Positions 58,901 through 64,000 of a stretch of 64,000 nt of DNA are shown here, piece by piece. The DNA comes from a virus. Its lineage: Duplodnaviria; Caudoviricetes. Within the stretch, counting starts at the first letter, position 1. Each line of letters opens with the position of its first letter. The stretch is taken from positions 1 through 64,000 of the IMG/VR virus record IMGVR_UViG_3300021256_000085. One strand, 5' to 3'. The translations under genes were made by a program, and so were the position numbers. The notes under the pieces were generated by a model. The model ran no database searches. It was not told the origin of the DNA and was given only the letters and a program-made list of their open reading frames with translations.

Positions 58901-59604
58901 ATTGCCATATCAATAAAACTAATCACATCCTCATGGGTATATTCATATTTTTCACAAAATCTAGTCAAAATCAAATATATATAAGAATATTTGTGCCTAA
59001 AATTACAAATATACTCTATTTTTCGTTGGTCATGGTCAATGGTAATAGGTTGTATTTTAGTCCATATATGTAAAGATTTTCTTGAAGCTGACAAACTAAT
59101 ACTTAAAAACCAACTATATTTAGACAAACAATTGAATAATTCTGGTTTGAGTTTATTTGCTAATTCAGCATTCTTGATATCTAAGTCAATAATCTGAACA
59201 CCATTCCAAATATCATAACCCATCTCACCAATTGGACGATCAATTGAACGAGTTGGATATATTACTTTACGTTTGTTTTTTTCAATGTCATAATAAGACT
59301 TATCAATAACTAATTCAATAACTTGTCTAAAATCCCAAATTGAACCTTGTTTTTGGCGAATATTGTTAATCACCAAAGTCTTATTATTCTTAAGTTGATT
59401 ATCAATGAAATATTTTCTTTCATTTTCTGGACACTCAAAAAAATTATTAGAAGAATATATAAACTTAGATTTATTTTCTTCTAATGAATTATTTGAAGAT
59501 AATTGTGAAAATAAATTTAATATATCTGTTAAAGATTGTTTTTTATCTGAAACTTCTTTATAAAAATTATATAATTTGGTTATATGGTTATTAATTACTG
59601 ACAC
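55993..59604 (-). CDS. primase-like (AEP/BT4734-type) domain fused to SF2 origin-binding (UL9-like) helicase
   Basis: IIDLDIK...SLSASRKSLHIW; QRWQIANTL; LEAGAGYGKT, VIDESH, MTGTP, SVGVDI. Confidence 0.6.
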   Translation of the reverse strand: MSVINNHITKLYNFYKEVSDKKQSLTDILNLFSQLSSNNSLEENKSKFIYSSNNFFECPENERKYFIDNQLKNNKTLVINNIRQKQGSIWDFRQVIELVIDKSYYDIEKNKRKVIYPTRSIDRPIGEMGYDIWNGVQIIDLDIKNAELANKLKPELFNCLSKYSWFLSISLSASRKSLHIWTKIQPITIDHDQRKIEYICNFRHKYSYIYLILTRFCEKYEYTHEDVISFIDMAMAKPQQGIFIGSDYNILINTNFNNQRLDVNFEPALNNGVESINWIYHPELKEIFKKLEWFSNDRVNQPIDVENILNVDERDISKNKKIHYKHIQRWQIANTLTALYGEQKALALILDICANTPYQELKGDIKTAALHNKPISLWAVETLNKDHGFNIKVNNSVYNDEINQLQEKIDQIDNSIDPIKVLNDNIDKTYLYLKSNQYLSDIKSQILDNLENITLLEAGAGYGKTEMIKSLKEKTLLILPFTSTIKAKVEASEVTKDWLYYYGNKRPTLEEILSDNNMAMTIDKFSRLNIMELDQANFKYIVIDESHLLYTSSYRDVMSPTIQRLANCHSAKIIMMTGTPTGEILFFPGIKNIKVIKEDHRVKDVEIHMCQTKNEKLVIMCQHMADDIIDGKKIIYPCNNGNLYYDQLIGVLSDILLKKGYKKPLKSFYYKKSNYGNESMVNIEVNKSIGNNDLIMCSNYLSVGVDICDKYNFTVYFSQLWIPQDIEQFANRVRNNDLYIKIFLEMFDSNNNRIPYYTTNRLNLDFDNSTLLLIKDFIQTCNDMIERNEEESKYNPLISSLLSTNKYIKYDENDAKYYIDETAFKLQIFEERYSEYSKQLQVLMNSLKYYGYTINIKTHDNPDEIILDQDSAEQIIKDCRNHHFCENTVKTFKFLEHIDDSNIDIYKDILKGSYSIFTDDEYKEIREENNLYAEDLEIVLKNLPIYLTLYKFYDPEIIVKIFKYCQERKSGRINYSKLTRIKRFVIIEDNRRKNRIDLPIYKFIVDAQKFAKENPYLNKEDIQQWIGNYTAKICNVVKNVVVDDIGYLDSMYDLVKDLFDVIVIKKESKQGIIHIEPFTLIWEKKIDVDDIFGGYMNTKEFFLQDLVNNMKPTEDDNNGFIYDYQLPHTQKLTLDDIKDDIVNIVNKPFDYYKYSELDGSNTRFMNKQKNTNHLSNVMNIPDNIIDDEVIKNNSQYSLFNFDE

Positions 59605-59749
59605 TAATAAAATCTAATATATTTTTTGTTAATATATATTTGTAATGAGTCAATTTTCAATCATTCAAAAAATAATTTTTTTAATAATCTTTAATTCAAT
59701 AATATACCATAAATTAAATTTATTATTAAATAAATATAGTATATTTTAC

Positions 59750-60589
59750 ATGAGTTGTACTACAAATAATATCCCTAAAACATCAGAAGATATTGTAAAA
59801 TTAAATGCTCAAATTGAAGATCAAACTGACTATCAATTTATACAACGAATTATACAAGATTTAACCCAATCTTGTGCATTACCTTTACCAATACCGGCAG
59901 CTGCTATTCCTCCATTAATCTTACAAGCGGCTCAATTTTTCTGGGAAAACTATGATTTTGCAGTTGAAGAAAGATATTATTGTGTAAAAAATGCAGATTT
60001 TTGTAAATGTGGTCCAAATAGAACTATTACCCTTCCACAAAGAATAATATCAGTATTTGGTGTATATAAGACAACTAACACTTTTGCTTATGGAGCATTA
60101 GGTGATTTCTCATTAGAGAGAATGTTGATTAATAACACTACTATGGCTGGTGGTATGGGTAATATTGGAGGGTTTAGTGATTTTTTTGGTGGTTCTGGAT
60201 ATAATTTGACTGATGTTATGGGTGCTATATATGAAGTTCAAACTTTTAAAAATATGTTTGAAGCTCCATTGACATATAACTTTAATCCATATTCTCATAA
60301 ATTAGTTATATTAGGAGATCTTGGATATTCAGATTTAATTTTACAAACATACTTAAGATGTAAAATTCAAGATTTATACCAATTATATTATTTCTTCAGA
60401 CTTTGTGTTTGTTTAGGTAAAAAATCCATGGCTACTATTCTTGGAACATTTGAATATAAGTTACCAGGTGGAATTACTTTAAATTATGCACGATTTGAAG
60501 ATAGTGCTGACCAAGAAATAGAAAAAATTGAAGAATGGTGTAGAAGTCAACATTCAGCTGATTATTTCTTTAATACAATTACAGTTTAA
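59750..60589 (+). CDS. T4 gp13-like neck (head completion) protein
   Basis: start moved to MSCTT; QAAQFFWENYDFAVEERY, LPQRIISVFGV, YNFNPYSHKL, LPGGITLN pattern of gp13 homologs. Confidence 0.75.
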   Translation: MSCTTNNIPKTSEDIVKLNAQIEDQTDYQFIQRIIQDLTQSCALPLPIPAAAIPPLILQAAQFFWENYDFAVEERYYCVKNADFCKCGPNRTITLPQRIISVFGVYKTTNTFAYGALGDFSLERMLINNTTMAGGMGNIGGFSDFFGGSGYNLTDVMGAIYEVQTFKNMFEAPLTYNFNPYSHKLVILGDLGYSDLILQTYLRCKIQDLYQLYYFFRLCVCLGKKSMATILGTFEYKLPGGITLNYARFEDSADQEIEKIEEWCRSQHSADYFFNTITV

Positions 60590-60592
60590 AAT

Positions 60593-61273
60593 ATGAAAAA
60601 TTTAGATAGTTATATAACTGAGAAACTTGTTATTGGTAAAAATATCATTCATAAGAAAATTACAGTTTCAACAAGGAATGAGCTTATAACAATATTAGAA
60701 GAGCGTTTAAATAAAGATAAAGATGCCAACTTAAATGATTTAGATGTTAGCCAAATAACCGATATGTCAGAGTTATTTAATGGTTTAGATCCACATAATA
60801 TTAAAATTGATCTATGGGATGTCTCAAATGTTAAAGATATGGATAGTATGTTTTACCGTTGTCTAAATTTTAATTTTGACTTAAGTAAATGGGATATCTC
60901 TAATGTTAAAAATATGCATGGTATGTTTTATCTATGTAAAAAATTTAATTCTGATTTAAGTCATTGGGATGTATCTAATGTAGATGAAATGGGTAGGATG
61001 TTTGAAGGTTGTGAAAATTTCAATTCTGATTTAAGTAATTGGAATGTTTCAAATGTTGAAAATACATCTCGTATGTTTTATGGATGTAAAAACTTTAATT
61101 CAGATTTAAGTAAATGGGATGTGTCTAAAGTTAGATATATGAGTAATATGTTTTATCATTGTGAAAAATTCAATTCAGATATAAATCAATGGGATGTATC
61201 TAAAGTTAAAATTATGGATAATATGTTTAATGGATGTAAATCATTAAATGAACCAAATTGGTGGAGAGAATAA
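60593..61273 (+). CDS. DUF285/BspA-type repeat protein with extended leader
   Basis: repeats W(D/N)VSNVxxMxxMFxxCxxFNxDLSx (about 6); MKNLDSYITEKLVIGKNIIH. Confidence 0.9.
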   Translation: MKNLDSYITEKLVIGKNIIHKKITVSTRNELITILEERLNKDKDANLNDLDVSQITDMSELFNGLDPHNIKIDLWDVSNVKDMDSMFYRCLNFNFDLSKWDISNVKNMHGMFYLCKKFNSDLSHWDVSNVDEMGRMFEGCENFNSDLSNWNVSNVENTSRMFYGCKNFNSDLSKWDVSKVRYMSNMFYHCEKFNSDINQWDVSKVKIMDNMFNGCKSLNEPNWWRE

Positions 61274-61298
61274 AAATAATTTTGAATTAATCTAAAGA

Positions 61299-61604
61299 AT
61301 GAAAACCTTAGATAGTTATATAACTGAGAAACTAGTTATTGGTAAAAATATTATACATAAAGAAAATAAATCTTGGGATAAACTTATTCAAGATTGGATA
61401 GATGAATGGGCAAAAGATGATTTTGAATATCTAATGTTATTGATTGATAGATTTTTAGAAGATGATACTTTTGAAGGAGATACTCAAGATGAATATGAAC
61501 CATTCTTACAATATGAGAAAAATAATAAATTTAAAGAATATTTCAAAGATAAAATTCTTAAATTTAAATTAGATGTGGAAAATCAAATAAAAAATATGAA
61601 ATAA
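61299..61604 (+). CDS. small acidic protein with extended leader
   Basis: MKTLDSYITEKLVIGKNIIH; D/E-rich body. Confidence 0.75.
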   Translation: MKTLDSYITEKLVIGKNIIHKENKSWDKLIQDWIDEWAKDDFEYLMLLIDRFLEDDTFEGDTQDEYEPFLQYEKNNKFKEYFKDKILKFKLDVENQIKNMK

Positions 61605-61612
61605 AATAATAT

Positions 61613-62665
61613 ATGGATAACTTAATTAATTATATTAAAGAAGGTTTTATTGATGAGATGCTTGATAAAATTAATAATGAGATAATTACTGAATCTTTAA
61701 ATGCTAAAGTATTACAGGAATTAGCTAAACAATTAATAGATCAAGTAAATCAAGAGAAAAAAGAAAAAGAAAAAGACTCTTATAAAAGTATTTATAATCA
61801 TACATTCAAAAATGTTTTTGGTGAATCTCACATAGTTTGGGATAAGATTTCTGATAGTGATATTCAAGAAATTGAACCACAATCATGGGATGTGAAGAAA
61901 ACTAAGATTGCTAATGAGAAACTTATTAGAAGTGTTATTAAAGGAGATAAAAATTCTATTATATTTAGTCGTGATCCGGAAACTAAACAATTTGAATATG
62001 TGATCTTGACTTGGGGTCAAGTATATACTTTAAAACCATTATGGGGTCAAGCCGCTGGTAGAAGACTTGGAAGTGGATATGGAAGACATTTTAAAGATTT
62101 AACCCAACGAGAGAAAATTGATTTGTTCCAAAATAAAATTGTTTATGTTATTGATAAAGTTCAATTTGATTCAACAAAAATTAAAACAGATCGATACAAT
62201 AATCGACAAGGAATGATTAATTTTGATAAATATTCATTATCTAAAATTGCCCAAGACAATAAGGATAGATATAAAAAAATAATATCACAAAATAAAGCTA
62301 AAAATGCATCTAATGATCAATTATTAGAAGAAACTACTGAAATAATTAATAAAATTACGGAAATTACTGTCAAAGTTGCTAAGAATCCAATTAAATATTT
62401 AGATATTTATTATGATGTTCAATCATTATCTAAGTTAGTTTATGATGAGAAAAAATATGTAGAACCAACTAGATATAATAAAAAAGGATATTATACTGGA
62501 TTGAATGGATTACTTAGATTAGTTGCTAAATATATTGAAGCAGTTAAAGATAGTAAAGCCGGATATTCTTGGGGTACACAACAAATGGATAATACAGTTA
62601 AAGAAATCAAAGAAAGAATTCAAAAAGCTAAAGAGTTAATTGATAAGATTGAAGAACTGATGTAA
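61613..62665 (+). CDS. hypothetical with leader-like N-terminus
   Basis: MDNLINYIKEG...IITESLN. Confidence 0.75.
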   Translation: MDNLINYIKEGFIDEMLDKINNEIITESLNAKVLQELAKQLIDQVNQEKKEKEKDSYKSIYNHTFKNVFGESHIVWDKISDSDIQEIEPQSWDVKKTKIANEKLIRSVIKGDKNSIIFSRDPETKQFEYVILTWGQVYTLKPLWGQAAGRRLGSGYGRHFKDLTQREKIDLFQNKIVYVIDKVQFDSTKIKTDRYNNRQGMINFDKYSLSKIAQDNKDRYKKIISQNKAKNASNDQLLEETTEIINKITEITVKVAKNPIKYLDIYYDVQSLSKLVYDEKKYVEPTRYNKKGYYTGLNGLLRLVAKYIEAVKDSKAGYSWGTQQMDNTVKEIKERIQKAKELIDKIEELM

Positions 62666-62776
62666 ATATCTTAAAAAAATTATTATAGGCATATCTAGGA
62701 CGCCCACAGAGAGCGGAATAATATCTCAATGATAAATTATATATTTTAATAATTAAAACTCATTTAAAACGTAAAT

Positions 62777-62814
62777 AAAGGAAGAATCTTAAAATAAAGA
62801 TTTCTTCCTTTTTT
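62777..62814 (+). terminator. intrinsic terminator
   Basis: AAAGGAAGAATCTT...AAGATTTCTTCCTTT plus T-run. Confidence 0.75.
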
Positions 62815-62869
62815 AAATTTTTTCTAATTAAAATCTATATATAAAAATATAGAACATAAATATAAAATA

Positions 62870-63739
62870 ATGATAAATATATACCCAAAAATATTAATTA
62901 TTCCAGATGTTCATGGTAGGACATTTTGGAAATCAGCTATAGATCAATTTCCATATGATCTATATCCTGATTTAGTGATTATTTTCTTAGGAGATTATTT
63001 AGATCCATATACCGGATATGAAGATATAACACCTAAAGATGCTTATGAGAATTTCTTAGAGATATTGGATTATGCAAAAAAAGATAATCGTATAGAACTG
63101 TTGATTGGAAATCATGATTGGCATTATTTTGTCAATTTAGATACTTGTCGACTAGATAGAGCTCGTTCTAGAGATATTGAAAAATTATTTATAAACAATC
63201 TTCAAAAATTTAGATTATCTAAAATTCATGAAGTAAATGGGATTAATTTCTTATTTAGTCATGCTGGATATACAAATGGATTCTTACATGATATTAGTGA
63301 TTTAGCTTTATCTGAAATTCAAAGATGGAATCCAGGTAACATAGATCCTTCTAAAGATGAAAAATATCAATGGATTTTGAAAGTCTCTCAAATTCGGCAA
63401 ACTTTGGATTTTGAAATATTTGAGAAATGTCTTCAAAATTATGATAATCCATTTTATAGTTGTATTCCGAGTATGGTATCTAGATATAGAGGTGGATGGA
63501 ATAATAGTGGTTCAATGATATGGGCAGATATACATGAACATATGGAACATATATATCATATTAAAGAATTTGATGAGAAATACTATCAAATATTTGCCCA
63601 TACAATATCTTTTCCGAATGACTCACAATATGATTATTATATTGGACAATTTTATGCTATGTTAGATGCAAGTCAAGCATTTATTATAAATAATGAAGGT
63701 ACAATCAAATTATTAAATGATAAAAATTATGAGAAGTAA
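62870..63739 (+). CDS. calcineurin-like metallophosphoesterase
   Basis: PDVHG, GDYLD, GNHD, SHAG motifs. Confidence 0.9.
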   Translation: MINIYPKILIIPDVHGRTFWKSAIDQFPYDLYPDLVIIFLGDYLDPYTGYEDITPKDAYENFLEILDYAKKDNRIELLIGNHDWHYFVNLDTCRLDRARSRDIEKLFINNLQKFRLSKIHEVNGINFLFSHAGYTNGFLHDISDLALSEIQRWNPGNIDPSKDEKYQWILKVSQIRQTLDFEIFEKCLQNYDNPFYSCIPSMVSRYRGGWNNSGSMIWADIHEHMEHIYHIKEFDEKYYQIFAHTISFPNDSQYDYYIGQFYAMLDASQAFIINNEGTIKLLNDKNYEK

Positions 63740-63971
63740 AAAAGAAAGAATTTTATCTAAAATCAAGGAATTTAATAAAAGACTTAAAAATTGTAAAGCA
63801 TCTTGGTGGTATAATAAATCTGATATTGATACAATCAAACAACATACTGATATACCACATAGTTTAGGTTCAAATTATTTAAATAAATATGATACAAAGA
63901 AAATAAGAAATAAAAGAAATCGTCTCAAAAATAAAATAGATTTGAAAATGGAATTGGAAGATTTTGATTAA
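63717..63971 (+). CDS. basic hypothetical protein
   Basis: ORF overlapping phosphoesterase end. Confidence 0.5.
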   Translation: MIKIMRSKKERILSKIKEFNKRLKNCKASWWYNKSDIDTIKQHTDIPHSLGSNYLNKYDTKKIRNKRNRLKNKIDLKMELEDFD

Positions 63972-64000
63972 TCTTCCAATTTATTTTTTAATGAAGAATG

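Noticed and set aside
59645-59749. ORF-track N-terminal extensions (59645, 27486, 15879, 9694, 6236, 12688, 18575)
   Set aside because: The extensions run through promoter or hairpin DNA or overlap upstream genes. Downstream ATGs match family alignments and spacing from promoters.
60593-61273. DUF285 repeats as a DGR target or tandem DNA repeat
   Set aside because: The repeats are degenerate at DNA level, and no reverse transcriptase or TR/VR pair is in the window.
1-64000. Stop-codon recoding (TAG to Gln as in Lak megaphages, or TGA to Trp)
   Set aside because: Genes of 1088-1414 aa are intact under the standard code. TAG (1760, 10221, 17867) and TGA (ATGA overlaps at 7547, 14258, 29759) serve as real stops. 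The single in-frame TGA at 32929 sits in a gene that also has a frameshift.
1-64000. CRISPR array, tRNA or rRNA genes
   Set aside because: No regularly spaced direct repeats were seen. The only T-loop-like hairpin (9653-9667) cannot be extended into a cloverleaf.

Overview
This is a 64-kb, very AT-rich segment of what is most likely a large T4-like (myovirus) jumbo phage infecting Bacteroidota. That assignment is inferred from a gp13-like neck gene, denV, a gp17-like fragment, T4-style capsid-targeting leaders and TTTG-N19-21-TATATT promoters. The standard genetic code fits. Bases 1-22 kb, 29-33 kb and 42-47 kb are dense runs of small early-type ORFs, many belonging to a few shuffled paralog families and driven by a repeated promoter element. 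Interspersed are self-contained late-type units (motif TATTTTTATATATA, gene(s), hairpin terminator). Their products start with a T4 capsid-targeting-like leader (MKx[LI]xx[YF]IxE). At least 14 unrelated proteins carry this leader, among them a 1369-aa GIY-YIG-like/SF2 helicase/N6-MTase restriction-modification-like enzyme, a PD-(D/E)xK nuclease, an ADP-ribosyltransferase-like protein, a ParB-like protein, a DUF285 repeat protein and a 1088-aa membrane-segment protein. Together they suggest a virion-packaged, co-injected effector arsenal, which is the lead hypothesis. Also present: TROVE/Ro60, radical SAM, two HNH homing-type endonucleases, a primase/UL9-like helicase fusion, a SEC-C protein, a metallophosphoesterase and two candidate structured RNAs. 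No tRNA, rRNA or CRISPR array was seen. All functional calls come from motif recognition by eye; no searches were run.
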